From a virus (taxonomy: Duplodnaviria > Caudoviricetes), in the IMG/VR virus record IMGVR_UViG_3300027863_000561, positions 1 to 29,721 of that record: a stretch of DNA of 29,721 nt, one strand, 5' to 3'. Made by a program: the position numbers and the translations under genes. This document shows, piece after piece, positions 1 to 7,053 of the stretch. The notes beneath the pieces are model-generated. The model was not told the origin of the DNA. It saw nothing but the letters and a program-made list of their open reading frames with translations, and ran no database searches. The first letter of the stretch is position 1. Every line of letters starts with the position of its first letter.

Positions 1-2
1 CG

Positions 3-578
3 CGTATCTCCTTTTGGGCCTACTGGTGGGGGCGTCAGATTGGCGACCGCGAGATCATGCGCAAGCGTGTGACCGATCCTAAGTGGGCCTATTACTGGGC
101 GCGTCAGATCGGCGACCGCGATATCATGCGCGGCCGTGTCACCACCTCGGAATTCGCGTATTTCTGGGCGCTCGAAATTGGAGACCGCGAGATCATGCGC
201 GAGCGCGTCACCACCTCGGAATTCGCATATTTCTGGGCGAAGGAGATCGGCGACCGCGAGATCATGCGCAAGCGTGTGACCGATCCTAAGTGGGCCTATT
301 ACTGGGCGCGTCAGATCGGCGACCGCGATATCATGCGCGAGCGTGTCACCGATCATAAGTGGGCCTACCGCTGGGCGAAGGAAATTGGCGACCGCGAGAT
401 CATGCGCGAGCGCGTCACCGATCCCGAGTGGGCCTATTACTGGGCGAAGGACATCGGCGACCGCGAGATCATGCGCGAGCGCGTCACCGATCCTAAGTGG
501 GCCTATTGGTGGGCGATCGACATTGGCGACCGCGAGATCATGCGCGAGCGCGTCACCGAATCCCGAGTTGGTCGCTGA
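3..578 (+). CDS. Tandem 23-aa repeat protein (W/Y-rich helical repeat), 5'-truncated by window edge
   Basis: Frame is open from position 3. Unit consensus is MRERVTDPKWAYYWAxxIGDREI. Nucleotide variation between units preserves this frame. Confidence 0.8.
   Translation, partial: RISFWAYWWGRQIGDREIMRKRVTDPKWAYYWARQIGDRDIMRGRVTTSEFAYFWALEIGDREIMRERVTTSEFAYFWAKEIGDREIMRKRVTDPKWAYYWARQIGDRDIMRERVTDHKWAYRWAKEIGDREIMRERVTDPEWAYYWAKDIGDREIMRERVTDPKWAYWWAIDIGDREIMRERVTESRVGR
15..567 (+). repeat. 69-bp coding tandem repeat (7 complete units plus partial flanks)
   Basis: Units start at ATG 57, 126, 195, 264, 333, 402, 471 and 540. Units 57-125 and 264-332 are identical. Confidence 0.95.
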
Positions 579-606
579 ATGGGAGAGGAAAATCAATAGG
601 AGAATT

Positions 607-1044
607 ATGACGAGCATTATGGATTACAAGACGCCGCAGGACGTGTGGCAGGCGGTGGTTTCCGCGATCCCTGACGTGGAAGCGTGGAACCGCAACCTGC
701 CGGAATTGAAGCGGCTGGCAGAGGAGTACGGCGAAGAGTGCAAAAAGTTCCTCGCCGCCGAGGCCGCCAAACGCGGTTACTGCTGGTCGCGCCTCACGCG
801 TGCCTACGTTCATCCGTGGCCCATGGTCGCCTGCTACCATCCTGGGCGATTGCTTGGCGTGGGCTGGCGTTCAGGGCAGCTTGCATGCGTATTTGTCTCC
901 AAGGACGGGGGCGTCCGCTACGAGTCCGAAAGCCACGAAATACCATACGCGACCGCAGAGAAGCTGGTGCGCTCTCCTTTCCCCGACAAACTGTACCAGC
1001 AGATTGTCAAGAACAAGGGCATCACGATGGTGAGGGTTGGCTGA
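607..1044 (+). CDS. Hypothetical protein with possible C-terminal KTSC-like domain
   Basis: SD AGGAGA precedes ATG 607. The C-terminal LLGVGW...LACVF...VRYE...IP...LVRSPFPDKLYQQIVK segment resembles the KTSC pattern. TGATG coupling to the helicase. Confidence 0.6.
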   Translation: MTSIMDYKTPQDVWQAVVSAIPDVEAWNRNLPELKRLAEEYGEECKKFLAAEAAKRGYCWSRLTRAYVHPWPMVACYHPGRLLGVGWRSGQLACVFVSKDGGVRYESESHEIPYATAEKLVRSPFPDKLYQQIVKNKGITMVRVG

Positions 1045-2654
1045 TGGCGTCTCTGTTTTCCGAAGGTGGCAGGAAGCTGTTTCCGCTTCGCCCGTACCAG
1101 AACCACTGCATTCCCAAATTCCGGCAGGGAATCAAGGAGGGACATTTCCATTCCATAGGCCAAGCGCCATGCAGATATGGGAAGACCGTCGTCTCCGCCC
1201 ACATCATCGACAGCGCTTTGCGCAAAGGGGGCCGGTGCCTGTTTGCCGCTCCGCGAATCTCGCTTGTGGACCAGACGCTCGAATCTTTACAGCAGCAGGG
1301 CTTTACCGATATTGGCGTGATGCAAGCTGATCACTACCTCACCAATTCCGAGGCGCCGCTTCAGATTGCGTGCTTCGATACCCTATACCGCCGCAAGCCG
1401 GAAGACTTCGACCTCGTCATCCTGGACGAGGTGCACCTGTGCGACGCCCGCATGTGGGAGCTGAAGAAGAGGTGGAAAATAGTATTGGCGTGGACGGCGA
1501 CGCCTTGGGCGAAGGGCCTCGGGCTGCACTTCTCCAAGCTGCACGTTTTCGCCACGATTCCAGAGATGATCGAGTACAACCGCAAGGACGCCGCCCTGGG
1601 ACTTGTTCCGGGCAAAGGCATCGGGCCACGGGCCGACTTGATCGCTGGTGTGGACCGCCTACGGAAAAACGATGCTGGAGAGTTCGTCGAGAGCGAGGCA
1701 TGCGCCTTCATGGACCGCCATGAGGTGGTTGCGGACGAAGTGGAAACTTGGCTTCGCACCCGTCAGGAAGGCCGGCACCCCGGCGACAGGACATTGCATT
1801 TCATCAGGCGGAGGGCCAGCGCACAGCCGAGGCTGGAGGCGTTCGCCGCTCACGGCGTCCGATTCGAGTACATAGATTCCTACACCAACGATAGAAGCCC
1901 GATTTTCAGGCAGTTCCGGGAGCGAAAAATACAAGGCATCATCAGCGTAGGATGCGTGAGAGAAGGGGTTGACCTCGACGCCCGGTGTATCATCGATGCC
2001 GCGCCTTCCAACTCCGAGATGACCATCGTGCAGAAACTGATGCGCGGAGGGACGCCCGGAGAGGGCAAGGAATACTATTGGCTGAACGACCACGCGGGGA
2101 ACGCCAACCGATTTGGCTGGTATGAGGACATTCGCCACGACATGCTGGACTGTACGCCGCCCCACGTGAAAGGCTGTGCTTATCCCCAGGAAGAGGTTGC
2201 GCCGCAAGAGAAGAAGCAGCGCGAATGCCCCGCTTGCCGGTCCTTTGTAGGGAAGGGGGCTTTGAGTTGCCCGGTATGCGGCAAATCGCTTTACGACGAT
2301 CCAACCGTCGTTTTGGAAGGCCAGCTCGGGGAGCTGGTCCACGGAACCAGCGTCCAGAAGAAAAAGAGTGCCAGGAAACGTGAGTACACTATGCAGGAGA
2401 AGCAGGAATGGTTTTCTGGCCTCCTCTGGATTTACCAGAAACGCGGGTCGAAGAACCCCGAGGGCGCAGCCGCTCATCGGTACCGGGAAAAATTTGGCGT
2501 GTGGCCGAACAAGATGGAGAGGACGGCCCGGCAGCCATCATTGGAAGTGCAAATATACGAGCGCCACGGCAGAATCAAATACGCGAGGAGCCAAGCAAAC
2601 CTTTGTGGACATAGTGAAGATGCAGCAGAAAATTCGGGAACAGCTTCTCGATAG
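1044..2654 (+). CDS. Superfamily 2 DExH helicase with C-terminal zinc ribbon (phage RadD/YejH-like)
   Basis: Q-motif LRPYQ, Walker A APCRYGKT, ILDEVH, TATP, EGVDLD and CPAC...CPVC. Confidence 0.9.
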   Translation: MASLFSEGGRKLFPLRPYQNHCIPKFRQGIKEGHFHSIGQAPCRYGKTVVSAHIIDSALRKGGRCLFAAPRISLVDQTLESLQQQGFTDIGVMQADHYLTNSEAPLQIACFDTLYRRKPEDFDLVILDEVHLCDARMWELKKRWKIVLAWTATPWAKGLGLHFSKLHVFATIPEMIEYNRKDAALGLVPGKGIGPRADLIAGVDRLRKNDAGEFVESEACAFMDRHEVVADEVETWLRTRQEGRHPGDRTLHFIRRRASAQPRLEAFAAHGVRFEYIDSYTNDRSPIFRQFRERKIQGIISVGCVREGVDLDARCIIDAAPSNSEMTIVQKLMRGGTPGEGKEYYWLNDHAGNANRFGWYEDIRHDMLDCTPPHVKGCAYPQEEVAPQEKKQRECPACRSFVGKGALSCPVCGKSLYDDPTVVLEGQLGELVHGTSVQKKKSARKREYTMQEKQEWFSGLLWIYQKRGSKNPEGAAAHRYREKFGVWPNKMERTARQPSLEVQIYERHGRIKYARSQANLCGHSEDAAENSGTASR

Positions 2655-3024
2655 TTACTCGATAGGCAGAGGCGTCTCCCAGGCCCTTGCCGATCTCGAA
2701 GCTGTGCGGAAAGAGGCTGCATATGATGGCTGGGACGGCCATGGGGGGAAGGCACTAAGTCCGGAAGCTTGCGCCTTTGCCAGCGTCTTTTTGGAAGCGC
2801 TGCCTACCATCGCACCGATTCCCGAAATAAGTGCTGACAGTGATGGAGAGGTTTCCCTTGACTGGATATTTGGCCCTAAGAAAGCTTTGACAGTCAGCAT
2901 CGACGGGCGAGGAAGGTGCGCGTACGCATGGATGCTTGGGCAGATCAACTCTCGCGGAACAGATTGGATCACAGATGGAATCCCTGCAAACATTGCTTAT
3001 GCGCTGGATCAACTCACTGCGTAG
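2620..3024 (+). CDS. Hypothetical protein (WDG-x-G family); start uncertain
   Basis: Protein-like sequence YDGWDGHGGKALS...PEISADSDGEVSLDW...LTVSI. It overlaps the helicase 3' end, and the frame is open further upstream. Confidence 0.6.
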   Translation: MQQKIREQLLDSYSIGRGVSQALADLEAVRKEAAYDGWDGHGGKALSPEACAFASVFLEALPTIAPIPEISADSDGEVSLDWIFGPKKALTVSIDGRGRCAYAWMLGQINSRGTDWITDGIPANIAYALDQLTA

Positions 3025-3045
3025 TTACCCGCGCGTTAATTGAGG

Positions 3046-3363
3046 ATGGCTATTCCAGTGAAATCAAGAGCTAAAACACCGAAGCGCGGCAAGCCAACCC
3101 CGGAAGAGAAGCAAGCCGCGCGTATCCATTGCCGCAATCGCGCCCGTGGCCGCTGTGAGTGGCGCGTGTCGCCCGCTTGCACCGGGAACGCCATCCTGCC
3201 GCTGGATGGTCCTCTGGGCGTCCGTGGCGAGCTTTGCCACGCCAAGGGCAAGCGGCGCTGGGGATGGATGGAAAACGAAGCCGTCGGCCAGCGGCACATC
3301 TGGGGATGCGCAGCATGCCACCGCTGGATACACAATGGCGGAAAGCCGGTACCCCCAAAATGA
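3046..3363 (+). CDS. HNH-like / zinc-binding endonuclease
   Basis: RARGRCE...C...ELCH...CAACHRWIH, a treble-clef/HNH-type Cys/His pattern. Confidence 0.7.
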   Translation: MAIPVKSRAKTPKRGKPTPEEKQAARIHCRNRARGRCEWRVSPACTGNAILPLDGPLGVRGELCHAKGKRRWGWMENEAVGQRHIWGCAACHRWIHNGGKPVPPK

Positions 3364-3426
3364 GGCCCCAATCTGGAGGAGATGCGAAGGGTGTAAAGAC
3401 GAAGAGACACCTATGGGGGTGAGCCG

Positions 3427-4167
3427 GTGAAGCCATATTACGACCACGCGGGAATCCAGATATACCACGGCGATTGCAGGGAGATTCTGCCGACGCTTGG
3501 AAAGTTTGATCTACTGCTGACTGACCCGCCGTACGGCGTTAGCGTTGAGGGAGCCGTGCATCATAATTTGCCTGGGAAGGGAAGCAGGAATCTCGATTTC
3601 TTTGTGGGTGACAACGATTGGACGGCGATGACATCGCTTGTAAGTGCGAGAATCTCGCTGGCGGAGGAGCATCTGAATGAAACTGGTTCGGCCTATATTT
3701 GGTGCGGCCATCGCCAGTTTGGGAATCTGTTGAGCATATTTGATGGCCAAGGCTACTCGACTCGGTTTCTGGTTTGGGCAAAGAAAGTCCCGCCCCCAGC
3801 GGCGCCTAATTCGGGATGGTCGTCTGGGGCTGAGCTGTGCGTCTACGCATACAAGCCGGGTAGAATATGGAACGGCAAGTGGCAGAATAACAACGTGCTT
3901 ACCTATGACTCTTACAGGCATGGGCAACCGGGCAAGGTAGATCATCCGACGCAGAAGCCGTTGAATTTAATCACGAAATTAGTCAAATTCTCTTCAGTTG
4001 AAGGCAGCACACTCCTCGATCCCTTTATGGGAAGCGGCACGACCCTGGTAGCGGCGAAGAACTTGGGCCGCAAAGCCATCGGTATAGAAATCGAAGAGAA
4101 GTATTGCGAGATCGCTGCTCGCAGGCTAAGCCAGGAGGTATTCGACTTTGAGGGGGTGAGCAAGTGA
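3427..4167 (+). CDS. DNA methyltransferase, N4-C/N6-A, beta class (N6_N4_Mtase)
   Basis: IYHGDC, TDPPY (motif IV), HPTQKP, LDPFMGSGTT (motif I) and AIGIEIEEKYCEIA. Confidence 0.95.
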   Translation: MKPYYDHAGIQIYHGDCREILPTLGKFDLLLTDPPYGVSVEGAVHHNLPGKGSRNLDFFVGDNDWTAMTSLVSARISLAEEHLNETGSAYIWCGHRQFGNLLSIFDGQGYSTRFLVWAKKVPPPAAPNSGWSSGAELCVYAYKPGRIWNGKWQNNNVLTYDSYRHGQPGKVDHPTQKPLNLITKLVKFSSVEGSTLLDPFMGSGTTLVAAKNLGRKAIGIEIEEKYCEIAARRLSQEVFDFEGVSK

Positions 4168-4226
4168 GACTCTCACGTAAGAAGCACCCCATCGTCGCTG
4201 TCTGCAAGGCATTGGAGGCAAAATGA
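4164..4226 (+). CDS. Possible 20-aa coupling mini-ORF (MRLSRKKHPIVAVCKALEAK)
   Basis: GTGA overlap with the methylase stop and ATGA overlap with the DUF1064 start. Confidence 0.3.
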   Translation: MRLSRKKHPIVAVCKALEAK

Positions 4227-4591
4227 GAGATCGCCACCGCGAAGCATGGACGGCGTTTTTCGAGGCCCGCGAACAAGCGAAGCCGTCGAAATACGGCAAC
4301 CAGCGAGCGGGGAAGTACGCAAGTAAGAAAGAAGCGGAGTATGCGGCCAAGTATGCCGCGCTCGAATCCGCCGGCGTAATCCGGCAATTGCGCGAGCAGG
4401 TACCATTTGAGTTAATACCTAAAGATGGTCGGCTCCGGGCCGTGAAGTACTATGCCGACTTCACCTACGTGGATGAGGGCGGCCTGCATGTGGTTGACAT
4501 CAAAGGGGGCAGCGCCACGAAAACGCCGGTCTACCGCTTGAAAAAGCGTCTGATGCGGCATCTGCTGGGGATCGATATTGAAGAAGTATGA
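4223..4591 (+). CDS. DUF1064-like PD-(D/E)xK endonuclease
   Basis: SKYGN...SKKEA...LREQVPFEL...YYADFTY...VVDIKG...YRLKKRLM. SD GGAGG. Confidence 0.85.
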   Translation: MRDRHREAWTAFFEAREQAKPSKYGNQRAGKYASKKEAEYAAKYAALESAGVIRQLREQVPFELIPKDGRLRAVKYYADFTYVDEGGLHVVDIKGGSATKTPVYRLKKRLMRHLLGIDIEEV

Positions 4592-4621
4592 AAAAGGGCC
4601 ACCCGGGGAGGGCGGCCCTTT
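4591..4621. terminator. Intrinsic terminator-like hairpin (better on the - strand)
   Basis: AAAGGGCC-A-CCC (4593-4604) pairs with GGG-C-GGCCCTTT (4610-4621). The A/C mismatch becomes G-U on the - strand, where a short U run follows. Confidence 0.55.
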
Positions 4622-4799
4622 GTGCGGGGTAGGACTATCTTTTGCCGAAGAAAGTGTTCGCATGAGGAGGAACAATGCCCCGCACCTGAAGTATCTCAGA
4701 TTTGATGATATTGCTCAAGTGCTGGGGAAAAAAATAACGGAGTTGGCCCAAAAGCCAAAACCCCCATCCGGGAGGAAGGGGGCTTTGGGACATACACGC

Positions 4800-5350
4800 A
4801 TTTAATGCCATCCCCTGGTCAAATGCTATTGAAATTCTACAGGACTTGTGCTGGAATAGCAATACCCCCGGTATCAAATGCAAAAACCCGCGACAATTCG
4901 TAAAACGTCAAAGTTTGGGCATTCTTGCGCCTGGGCATCCGGCCTCGCATGGAGTCGCTCCCGAGGTTTGCTGGCGGATAGAGAGCCGAGCCACCCAGCG
5001 TATATGCAAAGGACTTCTCGCGTGATAGCGGCAAGCTGATTGGATACAAGTCACCTGGCTTAGATGGCCGTGATGCCGGGTTGGGTGGCCCAAGGGACGA
5101 ATCAGTGAGTAGGGATTTGGCAATCCTGGCGAGAGTGAATGGACGAAAGATTTCTCTCCTTGTCGGAGAAATGCTCCAAATGGCAGGGAGTTGTTACCGG
5201 GCAATGGTTTCCACTGGCTTTTCTACCCCGGTCCCAAATGAGAGACGCGAAAAGAAATCGTCACGGTCCAACTTGGAAGTCCTTGAACATCGGCAGTTCC
5301 GGAAAGAGCGCAAAGGCGTCTCTCTAAGGGACTAAAAAGCCAGTGGTGTG
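4800..5350 (+). ncRNA. Candidate large structured non-coding RNA (unassigned family)
   Basis: Many nested helices, e.g. 5211-5222/5335-5346 (12 bp perfect), 5240-5248/5316-5324 (9 bp), 4990-4997/5082-5089 (8 bp) and 4934-4944/5066-5077. Non-canonical pairs are G-U on the + strand. No convincing ORF. Confidence 0.55.
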
Positions 5351-5376
5351 TCTATTTTAAAACGGGGAGGCATGAG

Positions 5377-5616
5377 ATGAGAAGAAAGGGATATTCTGCT
5401 GGAGATGGAATTGTAGATGGATGGAAGAAGTCGATAGCCGATCCAACTGCGGACTGGGGAAAGACGATTAGCGCAGCAATGCGACGCTCAGCCGAGATAA
5501 AGAAGATTCAAGAAAAACTTCATCGAAATGCAGCGATCATCACGCCGTCGAAGCTGGTAGGTAAGGTCGTGTTCGTGAATCCACAACTTGACAAAAACAG
5601 TCTAAAAGGAGAATGA
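5377..5616 (+). CDS. Hypothetical protein
   Basis: SD GGGGAGG upstream; 79 aa; no recognisable motif. Confidence 0.5.
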   Translation: MRRKGYSAGDGIVDGWKKSIADPTADWGKTISAAMRRSAEIKKIQEKLHRNAAIITPSKLVGKVVFVNPQLDKNSLKGE

Positions 5617-5617
5617 G

Positions 5618-5806
5618 ATGGGAATCAAAGAGATGTACAAGACTGAAATCCTCCAAGATACGGCTGGTAAATACGTAGGATGCGCTGTAATCAGGGCGAA
5701 TGATATTGTGGCAGCATCGACAAAAGCGCTTAATTCTGCCGATGATGCTAAAGAAGCAATCTCTGCCACTATCCAGCGGCTTTGGGTTGGGAACCCGGAG
5801 AAGTGA
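5618..5806 (+). CDS. Hypothetical protein
   Basis: SD AAGGAG upstream; 62 aa with a plausible beta-beta-beta-alpha pattern. Confidence 0.55.
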   Translation: MGIKEMYKTEILQDTAGKYVGCAVIRANDIVAASTKALNSADDAKEAISATIQRLWVGNPEK

Positions 5807-5868
5807 TTTACATGGGTAACTGGTAAGTAAACGCACGTCCTTCAATATTTATTTCTTCGTAAACAATG

Positions 5869-5910
5869 AAAAAGCTGGGCGGAAAAATTTCGCCCAGCCT
5901 CTCTTTCTTC
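5869..5910. terminator. Bidirectional intrinsic terminator between convergent gene blocks
   Basis: GCTGGGCG (5874-5881) pairs with CGCCCAGC (5891-5898). A-run on the left, pyrimidine run on the right. It sits where + and - gene blocks converge. Confidence 0.75.
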
Positions 5911-6035
5911 GTGCCGCCGTTGCGTAGGCGGCCCCGGTGTGTGTGGCCGGACGCTGTGCCTGTGTGGAGAATGAGACAGGCACAGACTGTTTCACCCCCT
6001 AAGCTCCCACCATGCGCCGCAGCAGCCCAGCCGGG

Positions 6036-6137
6036 TCAGCGCAGCAACGCCGCGCAGAACAGGTAGGCGAATACAGCGGCTATGGCCGCGCAGACCAACG
6101 CGTCTGCAATCTTCCGCAATCTGTCTATCTTGTTCAT
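6036..6137 (-). CDS. Small single-pass membrane protein (33 aa; not in ORF track)
   Basis: SD GGAGG, then MNKIDRLRKIADALVCAAIAAVFAYLFCAALLR*. Alternative in-frame ATG at 6164. Confidence 0.55.
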   Translation of the reverse strand: MNKIDRLRKIADALVCAAIAAVFAYLFCAALLR

Positions 6138-6160
6138 TTGACCGTCCCTCCGCACAAGTG

Positions 6161-6361
6161 TCATGGGTTTCCCCGTCTGTTTTTCGCTGGCCGTACATAC
6201 CGGGCGGCTCGGCGGTCGTTATTGGGGCGGAACTGTGGTACCCAGGTCAGGACCTGGAGGCGTCCGTGAACGACGCATCCCGCGTTTACGATCCGCACTC
6301 CGTTGTGGGGCTGTGCATTGTTCGGACAGCAGCAAGTGGGAGTTAGAGCATCTTCTGTCAC
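6161..6361 (-). CDS. Hypothetical Cys-containing small protein
   Basis: Fills the gap in the - operon. GTG start with upstream GAGG; contains CCCP and CxxH. Confidence 0.4.
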   Translation of the reverse strand: MTEDALTPTCCCPNNAQPHNGVRIVNAGCVVHGRLQVLTWVPQFRPNNDRRAARYVRPAKNRRGNP

Positions 6362-6363
6362 GG

Positions 6364-7053
6364 TCAGTGCCTCGTTTCCTGCGCAAGGTCAAGCGCAACT
6401 TCGGCCACGGATGCGGCGCTGCGTGCAATCTCTCTCACGAAGGAGGTACGGTCCTTGGCGATCCAATCGGGCAGCGTATCGTGGGAGATTCGGTGGACAT
6501 TGACCTTCGCTTCTACAGCTATTAGAGACGCGATATACTCCAGCTTGTTGCGGGCGGCGTAGATGGCCATTTCGAGAGTTTCTTCGCGGCTCTCGCGTGC
6601 CATCCACTCCGGCTCGTCGCCTTCCCCCTTGGCGAGGGCGACGAAGACACCGGCGGCCTCAATCAGTTCTTTTTTGGTCGTTACGCCCATTGCGTCGTCC
6701 ACAATACCGCATGCTGTTGCGCCATGCTCCCGGATGACCCGGCAGGCGTCGAGGACCGCGTCCAGGGCCTCCTTTTCGGACGGTGTGGCGCGGCGGTACA
6801 TGTTCTGCGAGCGGCATTTATCGGAGCACACCAGACCGTCCACCGTCAGCGTGGCCCCGTCGAGCGACCTTCCGGAGAGATATTTTCCTTCGCCGTCGTC
6901 ATCGAGATAGGTGTCTTTCATCCACACTCCGCGCACCAACTCGCAAAGGCTGCCGCAGATTATGCAGGTGGCCTCGTCGTCCGGATAGATGCCGGTGTCT
7001 TCGGGTGCCGCTGCGGGCAATACCATGTGATTTTCCCCGTCGTATTTTCTCAT
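6364..7053 (-). CDS. Hypothetical protein with CxxC / CSDKC zinc-binding motifs
   Basis: Start follows AGAGGAAGCAAAATG with ATGA overlap; contains CIICG...VCSDKC. Confidence 0.75.
   Translation of the reverse strand: MRKYDGENHMVLPAAAPEDTGIYPDDEATCIICGSLCELVRGVWMKDTYLDDDGEGKYLSGRSLDGATLTVDGLVCSDKCRSQNMYRRATPSEKEALDAVLDACRVIREHGATACGIVDDAMGVTTKKELIEAAGVFVALAKGEGDEPEWMARESREETLEMAIYAARNKLEYIASLIAVEAKVNVHRISHDTLPDWIAKDRTSFVREIARSAASVAEVALDLAQETRH

Noticed and set aside
15-567. 69-bp repeats as a CRISPR array or DGR template/variable repeat
   Set aside because: There are no unique spacers, the unit length is a multiple of 3 with an open frame, differences are not adenine-specific, and no cas or RT gene is present in the window.
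684-1043. ORF-track N-terminal extensions (helicase from 684; also 343, 2368, 7775, 8262, 8453, 10519, 10739, 19366, 21035)
   Set aside because: They overlap neighbouring genes or promoters. SD positions and stop/start overlaps support the later starts used in the feature list.
5081-5335. 84-aa ORF with a weak ribbon-helix-helix-like stretch (also 4578-4805, 4635-4883, 4908-5204, 5139-5327)
   Set aside because: Poor or absent SD/start context and no clear motifs. The same bases form long perfect stems better explained by RNA structure. Not fully excluded.
4620-5350. Structured region as a group I/II intron, RNase P, SRP or tmRNA
   Set aside because: GTGCG at 4622 has no accompanying domain V. 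The S-like AAGATAGTCC on - lacks a matching R (GACUA) element. CCTGGCTTA (5054-62) lacks the upstream GAGGAAAGUCC of RNase P. TCC-GGGA-GGA lacks the SRP internal loops. No tRNA-like ends are present.
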